DNA of 64,000 bases from Candidatus Nomurabacteria bacterium RIFCSPHIGHO2_02_40_30 (GCA_001785445.1 MFTV01000016.1:6259-70258); one strand, 5' to 3'. Positions 28,835 through 39,760 are shown, counted from the stretch's first letter. Numbers and translations are program-made. The notes: generated by a model from the sequence alone, not told the origin.

Positions 28835-29672
28835 ATTTATTCTTACCAGTCTTTCTGCGGGAAACGATAAATATATTCGAGTATTTCTTTGGTCCACGAG
28901 TCTTGCGCCCACCGGTAACCTTGCCCCACATCGTCTTCGGGCGCTTGGTGCCTCGGCCTTGTCTGCCTTCACCTCCACCATATGGGTGGTCTACTGGGTT
29001 CATGGCAGTACCACGCACAGTTGGGCGGATACCCTTCCAGCGGCTGCGTCCGGCTTTACCATAATTTTCCAAATGATGTTCTTCATTTGAGACCGTGCCG
29101 ATGGACGCCCAGCATTCTTCATTAATTTTTCTAATTTCTGTCGAAGGCATTTTCAAATTAGTATAGCCGTCAGCATTGGCCACCACTTGCGCAAAAATTC
29201 CTGCCGAACGGCCAATTTTAGCTCCACCTCTTGGTTTGATTTCAATATTGTAGACAAAAGTTCCAACTGGAATATTTCGGAGTGGCAGTCTGTTCGCAGA
29301 TGTAAGCGGCGCTTTTTCGGAAACAATAAAAGAGTCTCCGGCTTTTACAGATTTCGGCAAGACTACATACCTTTTTTCCCCGTCCTTATACACAGCAAGC
29401 CCGATAAAAGCTGAACGATTCGGGTCATATTCTATAGATGTTATTTTTGCCGGAATGTCTTTTTTGTCATACAAAAAGTCCACTTCACGATAAAGTCGTT
29501 TGTGCCCGCCACCCTTGTGTCGCATGGTTATGCGCCCTTGGCTATTTCTGCCGACTGAACGACGGAAGCCATGGGTCAGAGATTTGACAGGAGAAGACTT
29601 GGTCAAAATCTCTGCATAATTCACATTGGTCATTTGTCTCCTTGATTTGCTTGTAGGTTTGTATGTTTTCAT
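28833..29672 (-). CDS. rplB: 50S ribosomal protein L2
   Basis: GRITMRHKGGG, IEYDPNRS, AMNPVDHPYGGGEG. Confidence 0.98.
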   Translation of the reverse strand: MKTYKPTSKSRRQMTNVNYAEILTKSSPVKSLTHGFRRSVGRNSQGRITMRHKGGGHKRLYREVDFLYDKKDIPAKITSIEYDPNRSAFIGLAVYKDGEKRYVVLPKSVKAGDSFIVSEKAPLTSANRLPLRNIPVGTFVYNIEIKPRGGAKIGRSAGIFAQVVANADGYTNLKMPSTEIRKINEECWASIGTVSNEEHHLENYGKAGRSRWKGIRPTVRGTAMNPVDHPYGGGEGRQGRGTKRPKTMWGKVTGGRKTRGPKKYSNIFIVSRRKTGKNK

Positions 29673-29674
29673 AT

Positions 29675-29980
29675 TTATGCAATTTCAATTTTATCTCCCT
29701 TCTTTAAATATACAAGAGCCTTTCTGCCTCCACCTCTTGTAGAAGGTTTCCCCTTAAAAGTAGTATTTTTCTTTGGGATAGGCAATACATTTACTTTAAT
29801 AGGCTTCACTTTATAAAGTGCAAAGATTTTTTTCTTTATCTCTGTCTTATTCTCTCCTTTTTCTACATTAAAAGTATAGACATTTTGCTCTTGCGCAAAA
29901 GACGCTTTTTCTGTAACTCTACCTTTCATTTTAGGAGCTACTTTTACTTCTTCTTTTTTTATACTTTTTTTCTTTGCCAT
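29675..29980 (-). CDS. rplW: 50S ribosomal protein L23
   Basis: TEKA..YTFNV..NKTEIK, KALVYL. Confidence 0.95.
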   Translation of the reverse strand: MAKKKSIKKEEVKVAPKMKGRVTEKASFAQEQNVYTFNVEKGENKTEIKKKIFALYKVKPIKVNVLPIPKKNTTFKGKPSTRGGGRKALVYLKKGDKIEIA

Positions 29981-29984
29981 AAAA

Positions 29985-30656
29985 TTATCCTCGTGATTCT
30001 AAGAATTCAATACTTTCTTTCGGATTTTCTATTACAAGGTACTGGTAATTTAAAACGTCTAGCGGATTTAGATTTTTCAAAAATACCAATTCCAGTTGAG
30101 GTAAATTTCTGAAGCTTTTTTCTGTCTTTTCACTTCGTCCATAAATCGCAATAAGTACTCTCTTTTTTTTGGAATTAGCCAATGATTTAAATCCGGTGGC
30201 TTTGGCTAAATTTTCCATAACTCTCACAGCCTGTTTGGTTTTTATGTCGGTTAACGCAAGCGAATCCACAAAAATTATTTCATTATCTTTCAACTTACGA
30301 GAGAGAACAGAGAAAAGAGCTTGGGCGCGCATTTTTTTTGAAATTTTTCTTTTATAATTTTTCTCGGCAAGAGGACCATGAGTCACACCTCCACCAACCC
30401 AGATGGGGCTACGAGATGAGCCGTGCCTGGCGCGTCCAGTGCCCTTTTGTTTCCAAGGTTTCCTTCCACCACCACGAACCTCTCCTCTGTCCTTAGTGTC
30501 TGCCGTACCTGCGCGCTTATTACTGCGCATGCCTTCTACGACTTGATGCACCAAGTCACTGCGCCATTTGGCAGCAAAAACTTTTGCCGGAAGTTCAATA
30601 CTCCCAGCCTCTACTCCATTTTTGTCATATATTTTTTTTGATATCTTTGCTTCCAT
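29985..30656 (-). CDS. rplD: 50S ribosomal protein L4
   Basis: GGGRKPWKQKGTGRARHGS. Confidence 0.97.
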   Translation of the reverse strand: MEAKISKKIYDKNGVEAGSIELPAKVFAAKWRSDLVHQVVEGMRSNKRAGTADTKDRGEVRGGGRKPWKQKGTGRARHGSSRSPIWVGGGVTHGPLAEKNYKRKISKKMRAQALFSVLSRKLKDNEIIFVDSLALTDIKTKQAVRVMENLAKATGFKSLANSKKKRVLIAIYGRSEKTEKSFRNLPQLELVFLKNLNPLDVLNYQYLVIENPKESIEFLESRG

Positions 30657-30685
30657 GATTTGTTTCCCAGATAGAGGTTTAGCCT

Positions 30686-31300
30686 CTATCTGGCTACTAT
30701 CTCCACCAAAGTTCCACGCTTGCCGGCAATTGCTCCTTTTACGAGCATCAGATTATTCTCTGCATCCACGAAAACAACCTTCAAATTTTTTTGGGTGATG
30801 CGATCAGAGCCCATGCGTCCGGCCATTCTCATCCCTTTTGGAACATGAGTTCGAAGTCCGCCTCCGATAGACCCCGGCTCCCTTTCAGAGTGTTTCTGCC
30901 CGTGGGTACGCGGACCACCGGAGAAACCATGGCGCTTGACCACGCCTTGAAAACCCTTTCCCTTGGACACACTGGTGACTTGAAGCTTGTCTCCGGGAGA
31001 AAAGGCCGACACATCAATAACTCGTCCTTCTTTTACCTCTACTGTGTCACTAGGTTTAAGTCTGAATTCTTTAAGAGTTTTATAAAACCCGCCCTTCATG
31101 GATTTGATTTGCGCTTTATTGATCCTCTCTTTTTTCTGAATGCCGTAACCTACTTGCACAGAGTTGTAGCCATCTTTTTCCTTTTCGAAAACTCTAGTCA
31201 CGGTTACCGGCCCCGCCGAAAGTATGGTAACAGGAATGACTGTCCCATCTTGCTCGAAGTACTCTGTCATATTTTCTTTTGTAGCCAGAATGAATTTCAT
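30686..31300 (-). CDS. rplC: 50S ribosomal protein L3
   Basis: DGYNSVQVG, SKGKGFQGVVKRHG, MAGRMG. Confidence 0.97.
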   Translation of the reverse strand: MKFILATKENMTEYFEQDGTVIPVTILSAGPVTVTRVFEKEKDGYNSVQVGYGIQKKERINKAQIKSMKGGFYKTLKEFRLKPSDTVEVKEGRVIDVSAFSPGDKLQVTSVSKGKGFQGVVKRHGFSGGPRTHGQKHSEREPGSIGGGLRTHVPKGMRMAGRMGSDRITQKNLKVVFVDAENNLMLVKGAIAGKRGTLVEIVAR

Positions 31301-31304
31301 AATT

Positions 31305-31739
31305 TTATAGCATCTTTACATCTATCTCCACGCCAGAAGGCAACGACAAATTGGTGAGGGCCTCGACGGTCTTTGCATTTGGGTTGACTATGTCTATAAG
31401 TCTTTTATGAACTCGTATTTCGAATTGTTCTCTGGTGTTTTTGTAAATAAATGGAGAACGGTTGACTGTATACTTTTTTATCTCGGTCGGCAATGGCACC
31501 GGCCCGACAATCACGGCATCATAGCGCATGGCTGTGTCCATGATTTGTTTCACCGAAGCATCTAATATCTTGCTTTCGTAAGCTCGTACACGTATGCGCA
31601 GTACTACTTTGCCATCTGTGATGCCAACTTTTTCTTTTTTCACGGAAATTTTCGGAGCCTTCGTCTTGGCTTTGGCAGACTTAACTAGAGGAGTTTTCGG
31701 CACTTTAGGCTTTTTTGTTTTTTTCTCTGTTGTTGGCAT
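31305..31739 (-). CDS. rpsJ: 30S ribosomal protein S10 with Lys-rich N-terminal extension
   Basis: RIRVRAY, GPVPLPT, REQFEIRVHKRLIDI. Confidence 0.96.
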   Translation of the reverse strand: MPTTEKKTKKPKVPKTPLVKSAKAKTKAPKISVKKEKVGITDGKVVLRIRVRAYESKILDASVKQIMDTAMRYDAVIVGPVPLPTEIKKYTVNRSPFIYKNTREQFEIRVHKRLIDIVNPNAKTVEALTNLSLPSGVEIDVKML

Positions 31740-31784
31740 AATTTTAAAGTACAATCACTTACAAACTGAAAACGTTTAAGTAGA

Positions 31785-32978
31785 TTACCCGAGAATTTTT
31801 GTTACCACTCCGGCGCCTACTGTCTTGCCTCCTTCTCGTATTGCAAATCTCTGCGATTCCTCAAGCGCAACCGGAGTAACTAATTTAACGGTAATTTTTA
31901 CTGTGTCTCCCGGCATAACCATTTCAGTGCCATCTGCTAAAGTCACATCTCCCGTCACATCCGTAGTACGAATGTAAAACTGAGGCTTGTAACCCTTGAA
32001 GAATGGAGTGTGTCTTCCGCCTTCTTCCTTTTTCAAAACGTAAATTTCAGCTGTGAAATTATCATGCGGAGTAGTCGTGCCTGGCTTACAAAGAACTTGC
32101 CCGCGAGTAATGTCTTCCTTTTTAAGACCACGGAGAAGAATGCCGGCGTTGTCTCCCGCCATACCCTCTTGAAGATTCTTGTTGAACATTTCAATACCGG
32201 TAACTGTAGACTTGGCAGTTGGCTTGATGCCGACAATTTCTACATCTTCACCAACCTTCACTACTCCTCTTTCAATCTTTCCGGTTACCACCGTGCCTCG
32301 TCCTTCGATAGAGAAAATGTCTTCGACAGGCATTAGGAAAGGCTTGGAAATATCTCGTTCTGGAATAGGAATATAAGTATCAAGAGCGTTGGTAAGCTCG
32401 AGAATTTTCTTAGCCCATTCGTCATCAACAGATTTTGACTCCAGAGCCTTAAGCCCTGAACCGCGTATAACCGGTGCGCCAGCTCCGTCAAAGCCTTGCT
32501 TGGTCAAAAGTTCGCGAATTTCTTCTTCCACTAGGTCGATCATATCTTTATCGTCCACCATGTCGCACTTGTTCAGAAAAACAATTATTTTGGGCACGCC
32601 AACTTGCTTCGCAAGGAGCACGTGTTCACGAGTTTGAGGCATAGCGCCGTCTGTAGCCGCAACTACAAGAATAGCGCCGTCCATTTGCGCGGCACCAGTA
32701 ATCATATTCTTTATGTAGTCTGCGTGTCCGGGAGCATCGATGTGCGCGTAGTGGCGAGCATCTGTAGAGTACTCGTTGTGGGAAATGTTAATCGTAATTC
32801 CACGAGCTTTTTCTTCAGGAGCGTTATCAATCTGATCAACACCGCGAAGCCGCACAGTCTTCCCAGCCATGTTTAACACATGCAAAATTGCCGCAGTAAG
32901 TGTGGTCTTGCCGTGGTCGACGTGACCAATGGTACCTACGTTTACGTGCGGTCTGTCTCTTTTAAATTCTTCTGCCAT
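31785..32978 (-). CDS. tuf: Elongation factor Tu
   Basis: [21 protein letters not shown]. Confidence 0.99.
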   Translation of the reverse strand: MAEEFKRDRPHVNVGTIGHVDHGKTTLTAAILHVLNMAGKTVRLRGVDQIDNAPEEKARGITINISHNEYSTDARHYAHIDAPGHADYIKNMITGAAQMDGAILVVAATDGAMPQTREHVLLAKQVGVPKIIVFLNKCDMVDDKDMIDLVEEEIRELLTKQGFDGAGAPVIRGSGLKALESKSVDDEWAKKILELTNALDTYIPIPERDISKPFLMPVEDIFSIEGRGTVVTGKIERGVVKVGEDVEIVGIKPTAKSTVTGIEMFNKNLQEGMAGDNAGILLRGLKKEDITRGQVLCKPGTTTPHDNFTAEIYVLKKEEGGRHTPFFKGYKPQFYIRTTDVTGDVTLADGTEMVMPGDTVKITVKLVTPVALEESQRFAIREGGKTVGAGVVTKILG

Positions 32979-33220
32979 ATTTTTACTTGAGTTAACAATC
33001 AAAACTCAGTGTACGATAACCAGTCACTAAGGCTTGATTACTAACGATATTATTAATAATTTATAATAGAAATAAAACAAAAAACCCAAAAGGGCTTTGA
33101 AACATACTAACAAATTAAAAAATATTGTCAACTAAAGAAAACGGGCACAAATAGGAAGCCGCCTGCAGGAGCCAAACGGTCCTACAAGCGGCATATGTAT
33201 GCGCACTTTTGTTCCCACTT

Positions 33221-33775
33221 CTAGTGGGAACGTACCAACACAAACTCTCTTGTCGGCTGGGATTCTTGGCAAGCAGACTCGAGTTTCTCGATAATTCCGA
33301 TCATGGCGCTGGCGCGTCGTGTGATGAAATCTTTTGCAAACGCCGAATCGCAGAGAATGAGGTCTTCTTTTGCTGGCCTCGTGGCCGTGCTACCGAGGTG
33401 TCGATCAAGTATTGAGATGTCCTCAATCACTTCATCGAATCTGTCGTCAACGCGAGTTTCAAGAAGTTTGACCAGAATTGCCCGCAGTTCTACTTGCTTG
33501 TTAGCCCATGCGGTCGTCGCATCGTAGAATGGGCCAATAGCCAGAAGCCCATCTCCGTGCCACGTGTGTTCCAACAAAAAAAGCACACTTTCGAGTCTGA
33601 AACGCAATTCCAGTCCGAGCTCCGGCATCAACGCCTTAAGCTCCGCGAGCGGATCGACCTTCGCCAAGAAAACGATGCTGTCGAATTTTTCCCGAAGTTT
33701 GGGAAACGTGATGACGATCGCGATCCCCGTCACGACCACCAAAACGAAAAAAGAAACAACTGTCAATGGACTCAT
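33221..33775 (-). CDS. Hypothetical protein with N-terminal membrane anchor (GC-richer, likely acquired)
   Basis: ORF preceded by GGAGG; N-terminal hydrophobic helix. Confidence 0.6.
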   Translation of the reverse strand: MSPLTVVSFFVLVVVTGIAIVITFPKLREKFDSIVFLAKVDPLAELKALMPELGLELRFRLESVLFLLEHTWHGDGLLAIGPFYDATTAWANKQVELRAILVKLLETRVDDRFDEVIEDISILDRHLGSTATRPAKEDLILCDSAFAKDFITRRASAMIGIIEKLESACQESQPTREFVLVRSH

Positions 33776-33851
33776 AACTTTACCCTCCTACACAAACCAT
33801 ATCATGTTTTATTCATTCTGTCAACTATTTTTGACTTTGGCTAGTTCTTGC

Positions 33852-34655
33852 CTAGTTAGTTTGGTATTTTCTAATTTCTTCGCAAAGTTTTTGCGCTTCT
33901 TTTTTAGGGTCTTCGGAGAAGATAATTCCGCGGGAAGAATTAATCATAAGTCCTAGTCCATCGCTATCCAAGCCATTTCTCATGACCATCTCCAAGTCTC
34001 CTCCTTGAGATCCAATACCTGGTACCAAGAATGTTGCACCTGTCATACTTCGAGCTTCTTTCATTTCCTCAGGATGCGTTGCTCCCATAACAATCATACA
34101 ATTATTGTTTGTATTCCATTTAGTAGATACATTCTCAACAACTTGTTGCCAAAGTTTTTTACCTCCACCTACATCTAAATTTTGAAATTCTCCTGCCCCA
34201 GGATTTGAGTTTAAAGCTAAAACACTAGAAATCTTATCGATCCTATTAAGAAATGGCTGTACTGCCTCTTGACCCAAGTATGGATTAATAGTTATTCCGT
34301 CAACTTTTAATAAATCAAAGGCTTCAGTTACATAGCCTGTATTAGTATTACCAACATCAGCTCGTTTTGCGTCTAACATTATAAAAATATCAGGATGATT
34401 TTTTTGTATGTAGTCAGTTGTCATTTGTAACTCTGATATACCTTTGGCCCCTTTAGCTTCATAAAAAGCAATATTAGGCTTGTATGCTGCGGCATATTCG
34501 TGAGTTTCATTAATAATATATTTATTAAATTCAAATTGTGGAAACGGCGTTGCCTTAAATTTCTCTGGAATCTTTTCAAAATCAGGATCTAGCCCCACGC
34601 ATAAAAGTGAATTTATTTTCTTTGCTCTTTTATTGTATTTGTCTATTGCGCTCAT
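33852..34655 (-). CDS. pyrF: Orotidine-5'-phosphate decarboxylase (subfamily 2)
   Basis: LCVGLDP, YKPNIAF, LDAKRAD, PGIGSQGG, NSSR. Confidence 0.95.
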   Translation of the reverse strand: MSAIDKYNKRAKKINSLLCVGLDPDFEKIPEKFKATPFPQFEFNKYIINETHEYAAAYKPNIAFYEAKGAKGISELQMTTDYIQKNHPDIFIMLDAKRADVGNTNTGYVTEAFDLLKVDGITINPYLGQEAVQPFLNRIDKISSVLALNSNPGAGEFQNLDVGGGKKLWQQVVENVSTKWNTNNNCMIVMGATHPEEMKEARSMTGATFLVPGIGSQGGDLEMVMRNGLDSDGLGLMINSSRGIIFSEDPKKEAQKLCEEIRKYQTN

Positions 34656-35288
34656 TTATTTTTTAGAATTTAAATATTCCTTGCCATGACCAACATTTGG
34701 GTTTATTGGTACATTGGCTTTGCATAATGGGCAATCTTTTTCATCAAAAGTTTCCGCCGGTATCTCGCACAATGAAGAAAAAGTTATACCTAATGTTTTT
34801 GCATTTACCTCTTCGGGGATGCGGTTAACCATAACTCCCATAGCCATAATCTTCCCACCAAATGCACGGACAACGTCAATCATCTTGTTCACGGAAAATC
34901 CTGTGGCAATAGTATCGTCAATAATTAAAACTTTTTTACCTTTTATTAAATTCTCATATCCTCTTTTGAAAACCATCGGTCCTTCGGTAGTTTTTTCTGC
35001 ATAGACACTAAGAATTTCTTTTTTTTGCAAGAGAGAAAGATGGTACGCCACCAAATGCCCAAGAATTACTCCGCCTACTACCGGCGCCGTTACCACATCT
35101 ATATCCAAATCTTTATGCTTTTCGGCAAACAATTGAGTAACTCTGAAAGTTTCTGCAGTATGTGGCAGTAAATAATCTTTATTAACATAGACAGCCATAT
35201 GCCTGCTCGAAGTACCAACAAAATGACTATTCCTGATTACAGCTCCTGTTTTCTCCAGTATATTTATTACTTCTTCGGATACATTCAT
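34656..35288 (-). CDS. pyrE: Orotate phosphoribosyltransferase
   Basis: HFVGTS, PRPP motif VLIIDDTIATG. Confidence 0.9.
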   Translation of the reverse strand: MNVSEEVINILEKTGAVIRNSHFVGTSSRHMAVYVNKDYLLPHTAETFRVTQLFAEKHKDLDIDVVTAPVVGGVILGHLVAYHLSLLQKKEILSVYAEKTTEGPMVFKRGYENLIKGKKVLIIDDTIATGFSVNKMIDVVRAFGGKIMAMGVMVNRIPEEVNAKTLGITFSSLCEIPAETFDEKDCPLCKANVPINPNVGHGKEYLNSKK

Positions 35289-35294
35289 GTTGTT

Positions 35295-36359
35295 TTATCT
35301 TAACCTTTCTTTTATCTCTTTCGCAAGATACGGGTTCCACATTGCTCCCGTAGCCGACATGACGATGTCTGCGCCGGCATCTCTGTATTCAAAAAAGTCA
35401 TCTGCGTTCATAACTCCCCCGACGCCGATAATAGCGTAAGAGTAGCCATATTCTTCACGTAATTTTTTCAGTCTTTTTACCATATCAAGCCCTGCCCATT
35501 TTATGGAAGCTCCGCAGACTCCGCTATGAGTGCGCCCCGGAAGAGCTTCCCCTCCCTTCTCGTCCACTATTTCAGAAAAGATTGTGTTAATGGCAGAAAT
35601 TCCTTGCACCAGAGAACCAACTTCTCTTACAAAATTGCCAAGTATCGTGTCGTCTTTGAAATAAGAAATTTTTACAATCAGCGGAACATTTTTAATTTCA
35701 GCTTTGATGGCTTTAACTACTTTTACACTATTTTGAGTGTCATAACACAAGAGCTCGCTGGTGCCCTCATTCGGACAGCTAAAATTTACCTCCATAATCT
35801 TTATGCCGGTTTCTTTCATGAGCCTAGCTGCTAAAACGAAGTTATCAACATATCCTTCCGTACTTTGTCCTTCCTTTTTTGTTCTTTGAAAAGCGCCGAC
35901 GAGAATTTGACCTTTGCGAATATTTTTTAATACTTTTTTTATATCTTCTTGCCAAAATTCAGGAGTTCGTGATGGCACACCGAAGGAGTTGGTGATAGAA
36001 AGAGGCTCTTTGTAATCATTATTAGCAACTAATTTTTCTTCATCTTTGCCCAGAGTCAAGCTTTCAGGAACTTTTACAGCTAAAACATTTGGCCATGGAT
36101 GACAAGAATATTTTTCTGTGCGCACAGTTTTGTAGGTAACAATGTCGAAACCTTTGTCGAGAGATGCCTGCGCAAATTTCCCATTAATAAGGGGTCCTGC
36201 CGGAATGCCGAAAGGAGAATTTACTTTAAACCCCATAAAGTAAAACTTGAGCGAGGACTCCCCTTGCTCAACAACTTCCCCGTCTGCGAAGGCACCAAAA
36301 GGACCTTGTTCAAAATTCTCTTCGTAGGATTTATTCGGATCGTAAAAAGGGGTAAGCAT
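35295..36359 (-). CDS. pyrD: Dihydroorotate dehydrogenase-family flavoprotein
   Basis: PFGIPAGP, YKTVR, NSFG, EVNFSCPN, AINT, IGVGGV. Confidence 0.8.
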   Translation of the reverse strand: MLTPFYDPNKSYEENFEQGPFGAFADGEVVEQGESSLKFYFMGFKVNSPFGIPAGPLINGKFAQASLDKGFDIVTYKTVRTEKYSCHPWPNVLAVKVPESLTLGKDEEKLVANNDYKEPLSITNSFGVPSRTPEFWQEDIKKVLKNIRKGQILVGAFQRTKKEGQSTEGYVDNFVLAARLMKETGIKIMEVNFSCPNEGTSELLCYDTQNSVKVVKAIKAEIKNVPLIVKISYFKDDTILGNFVREVGSLVQGISAINTIFSEIVDEKGGEALPGRTHSGVCGASIKWAGLDMVKRLKKLREEYGYSYAIIGVGGVMNADDFFEYRDAGADIVMSATGAMWNPYLAKEIKERLR

Positions 36360-36399
36360 TGTTTATATCTTAACAAAAAACTACTCTGTTGAGTAGTTT

Positions 36400-38580
36400 T
36401 TATTTTCTGGCAGCAATTATGGTCTCGGCGACATTGTTTGGCACAATGTCATAGCGGAAGAATTCCATTGTGAATGACGCTCGGCCTTCGGTCATAGACC
36501 TTAGACCGGTCATGTAGCCGAACATTTCAGAGAGGGGCACGATAGCTCGGATGACTTTATTCATCCCACGATCTTCCATCCCCTCAATAAGGGCGCGCTT
36601 GCTTGAGAGGTTGCCGGTGACGTCACCCATGAATTTGTCCGGAGTTACCACTTCCACTTTCATCATCGGCTCTAGGATTACTGGGTTAGCTCTCTTACAC
36701 GCGTCCTGCACAGCCATGGAGGCGGCAATTTTGAAAGCCATTTCATTGGAGTCAACTTCGTGGTAACTTCCGTCCCAAAGTTCCACAGAAACATTTACCA
36801 TTTTAAATCCGGCCAATATTCCACGGTCTAGTCCTTCCTTGAAACCTTTTTCACAAGGAGCAATATATTCCTGCGGAATAACTCCACCTTTAATAGTATT
36901 CACAAATTCGAAGCCGACAGACCGCTTGGTATTTTTCGGCAAATCTTCCAACTCTTCTTTAGTCAAAATTTCCATTGGCTTAACTTTGATCTTTACGTGT
37001 CCGTAGTTTCCGCGTCCACCGGACTGCTTGATATATTTTCCTTCAGCTTCACTGGTGCCACTAATTGTCTCACGGTAGGCTACTTGAGGTTTGCCAACAT
37101 TGGCTTCCACGGTAAATTCACGCTTCATACGATCCACAATAATTTCTAAATGAAGTTCTCCCATGCCGGCAATGATAGTCTCGCCTGTTTCTTGGTCAGT
37201 AGATACTTTGAAGGTTGGGTCTTCTTGCGCCAGTCTGTTTAAAGCCATACCCATTTTTTCTTGGTCGGCTTTGGTCTTCGGCTCGATGCGAAGAGAGATA
37301 ACTGGTTCTGGAAAGACAATTCTGTCTAGAATAATTGGTTTATCTTCATCACAAAGAGTGTCGGATGTTATGGTATCTTTAAGTCCTACTGCTGCCGCTA
37401 TTTCTCCAGCAAAAACTTTTTTAACTTCTTCCCGGTCGTTGGCATGCATTCGCAGTATTCGGCCGATGCGTTCTTTGTTGCGAGTGCGAGGATTATAAAC
37501 ATAACTACCAGCAGAAAGAGTTCCGGAATAAACTCGGAAGAAAATAAGCTGACCAACGAATGGGTCCGTAGCCACTTTGAAAGCAAGCGCTGAAAATGGT
37601 TCAGAATCAGATGCTTGTCTTACTATAGGTTGTTCTGTATTTTCATCAATACCAGTAATAGGTGGGATGTCGGTCGGAGCTGGTAAATAATCCACAACTC
37701 CATCGAGCACGAGCTGAACACCTTTATTCTTCAAAGCAGAGCCGGCAAAGACTGGAAAGATTTCATTTGCAATCACGGCCTTGCGTAGAGTTTTCTTCAA
37801 GACATCAACATCTGGAACCATGCCTTCTAAGTATTCTGTCATCATCACATCATCCGTCTCAACAATTTTTTCTACAAGGTCATTGCGAAAACCTTCTGCA
37901 ACTTTTTTCATATCTTCTGGCAAAGAACTTAAGTCTTTTTCGACAACAGTGTTCCCCATCTCGCCTTCGAAGTAATATGCCTTCATGTGAAGCAGGTCAA
38001 CAACTCCTTCGAATTTGTCCTCAAGACCGATAGGTATCTGCATGCGAACTGCTTTCTTGGAAAGTCTGTCTAAAATAGTTGCATAAGAATGTTCAAAAGA
38101 TGCGCCAGTACGGTCTAACTTATTTATGAAACAAATACGAGGCACTTTCGCTTCATCAGCATAGCGCCAATTTGTCTCGGATTGTGGTTCTACGCCAGCT
38201 ACCCCGTCAAAAACGACAACTGCGCCGTCGAGCACACGCAAAGAACGCTTTACCTCTACGGTAAAGTCTATGTGTCCCGGAGTGTCGATGATATTGAAAC
38301 GGTGTTTAAATTCATTCTTTGCACCCGCCTTCGTCAAGACTTCGGCGGGCACGTATGTCGGAGTCCAGAAACAAGTCACTGCGGCAGAAGTAATAGTAAT
38401 TCCCCGTTCTCTTTCCTGTTCCATCCAGTCGGTGGTAGTTTCTCCGTCATGCACCTCACCTATTTTGTGTGATACTCCGGTATAAAAAAGCACACGCTCG
38501 GTCGTCGTAGTTTTGCCGGCATCAATGTGCGCAATAATTCCAATATTTCTAACTTTTTCTAGAGGATAATCTCGTTCCAT
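36400..38580 (-). CDS. fusA: Elongation factor G
   Basis: [23 protein letters not shown]. Confidence 0.99.
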   Translation of the reverse strand: MERDYPLEKVRNIGIIAHIDAGKTTTTERVLFYTGVSHKIGEVHDGETTTDWMEQERERGITITSAAVTCFWTPTYVPAEVLTKAGAKNEFKHRFNIIDTPGHIDFTVEVKRSLRVLDGAVVVFDGVAGVEPQSETNWRYADEAKVPRICFINKLDRTGASFEHSYATILDRLSKKAVRMQIPIGLEDKFEGVVDLLHMKAYYFEGEMGNTVVEKDLSSLPEDMKKVAEGFRNDLVEKIVETDDVMMTEYLEGMVPDVDVLKKTLRKAVIANEIFPVFAGSALKNKGVQLVLDGVVDYLPAPTDIPPITGIDENTEQPIVRQASDSEPFSALAFKVATDPFVGQLIFFRVYSGTLSAGSYVYNPRTRNKERIGRILRMHANDREEVKKVFAGEIAAAVGLKDTITSDTLCDEDKPIILDRIVFPEPVISLRIEPKTKADQEKMGMALNRLAQEDPTFKVSTDQETGETIIAGMGELHLEIIVDRMKREFTVEANVGKPQVAYRETISGTSEAEGKYIKQSGGRGNYGHVKIKVKPMEILTKEELEDLPKNTKRSVGFEFVNTIKGGVIPQEYIAPCEKGFKEGLDRGILAGFKMVNVSVELWDGSYHEVDSNEMAFKIAASMAVQDACKRANPVILEPMMKVEVVTPDKFMGDVTGNLSSKRALIEGMEDRGMNKVIRAIVPLSEMFGYMTGLRSMTEGRASFTMEFFRYDIVPNNVAETIIAARK

Positions 38581-38653
38581 AAAAAAAGCGCTTTACGCGC
38601 TAAGAATAATATACATTATTAGATGTTTTTTTGCAAATTACTTATAAAAATTT

Positions 38654-38911
38654 TTAAGGTGATTTTTGTTTTAGTTGTTTTTCAAGATTATATATTTCGT
38701 CGTCAACTTCATCCATTTGTTTATTTAACAAATCCAACCCTTCTTGATACGCTTGAACCAAATCCCCATGACCAGGGAATGGTACTCTGTCTTGTGCTTC
38801 TTGCATTGACTCCCTTCTTTGTCTCATTGAATCAAATTTCCTTCTTAAACCTTCTAACTTCAGACTAATTTCATTAGTTCCTTTATTTACCTGTGGCCCT
38901 TCCATTCCCAT
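38654..38911 (-). CDS. Small coiled-coil hypothetical protein
   Basis: ORF with upstream TTGACT..TATACT promoter. Confidence 0.55.
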   Translation of the reverse strand: MGMEGPQVNKGTNEISLKLEGLRRKFDSMRQRRESMQEAQDRVPFPGHGDLVQAYQEGLDLLNKQMDEVDDEIYNLEKQLKQKSP

Positions 38912-39005
38912 AAATTTTTAAGTCAAATTAAAAAAGCTTTAATAATACCTAAAGTATACGCCCACCATGTAGCAAGTCAAGAAAGAATCTAGTGAATTGC
39001 TAGAA

Positions 39006-39037
39006 TTACATATATGCGCGATAGCGTAAATGTGTAA
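39006..39037. repeat. Imperfect palindrome (family B, copy 1)
   Basis: TTACATATATGCGCGATAGCGTAAATGTGTAA, 4 nt past the stop of the Cas2-like gene. Confidence 0.8.
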
Positions 39038-39041
39038 ATAC

Positions 39042-39419
39042 TTAAATATTCCCCTCTTTTCCTGTATACGATTTCGCTAGCTTAAAAGTTTTCAGGTGAG
39101 CTTTGAGTCCAATAGCTTTTACATAATCCAAAAAATCTTTTGGCAGTGGCGATGGTCCTACCCACACACTTCTTTGAATCATTTCGTAATTAAATTTCTG
39201 CAAGTGTCGACGAAACCAGTCTCTTTCTTTTTTCTTATCATCTGTAATGTCATACATTACTATCAGATTTTTAGGTGCATCTTTAGTAAAATGACAAGAA
39301 AATGCTAGGTGATAAAATTTCCTTTTGCGATCTTTCTTCTTTGCCCGACTCTCATCAAGCCAAATAGGTAAACCAAAAGCGTTAACTTTGACTCCTTTGT
39401 AGTTAAAAGTTCTTCCCAT
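39042..39419 (-). CDS. Stand-alone Cas2/PaaX-like protein
   Basis: LIVMYDI..KKKERDWFRRHL..FNYEMIQRSVWVG. Confidence 0.8.
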   Translation of the reverse strand: MGRTFNYKGVKVNAFGLPIWLDESRAKKKDRKRKFYHLAFSCHFTKDAPKNLIVMYDITDDKKKERDWFRRHLQKFNYEMIQRSVWVGPSPLPKDFLDYVKAIGLKAHLKTFKLAKSYTGKEGNI

Positions 39420-39439
39420 GGGTAAATTATACCTCCGAC

Positions 39440-39469
39440 TACACATATGCGCTATAGCAGATATATGTA
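39440..39469. repeat. Imperfect palindrome (family B, copy 2)
   Basis: TACACATATGCGCTATAGCAGATATATGTA; its reverse complement matches copy 1 at 25/30. Confidence 0.8.
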
Positions 39470-39494
39470 TAATTATTTTTGAGTTCTAAAAACT

Positions 39495-39731
39495 CTAAAA
39501 CTGTAGCGATGTAACTGCACATGCACACAAAGCTAAAATCAAGGAGAGTATCAAAAACTTTGTACGATGGCTACCTATAAATGCAGATCGGTTTCCAAAC
39601 CAAGTTTTTGGTAAAAGCCAGATGATTAAAAAAGCCAAAGAAAAAAACCACAATATTAATACAGCTTGAAAATACGCTACGCAGAGATAGTTCTCTGGGT
39701 TATCACACGAATTGTTGAGACCGAAAATCAT
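39495..39731 (-). CDS. Small membrane hypothetical protein
   Basis: 2 TM segments; ATG just after a TATAAT. Confidence 0.5.
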   Translation of the reverse strand: MIFGLNNSCDNPENYLCVAYFQAVLILWFFSLAFLIIWLLPKTWFGNRSAFIGSHRTKFLILSLILALCACAVTSLQF

Positions 39732-39760
39732 AATTATATTATAACAATAATACAACAGAC

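Noticed and set aside
33158-33193. GC-rich hairpin GCCGCCTGCAGGA..TCCTACAAGCGGC with adjacent CATATG as a family A palindrome
   Set aside because: Arms do not match the family A or B consensus; more likely a 3' structure of the upstream orphan gene
19017-39469. CRISPR-Cas system suggested by two Cas2-like genes
   Set aside because: No regularly spaced repeat-spacer array, cas1 or effector genes; the repeats are isolated palindromes
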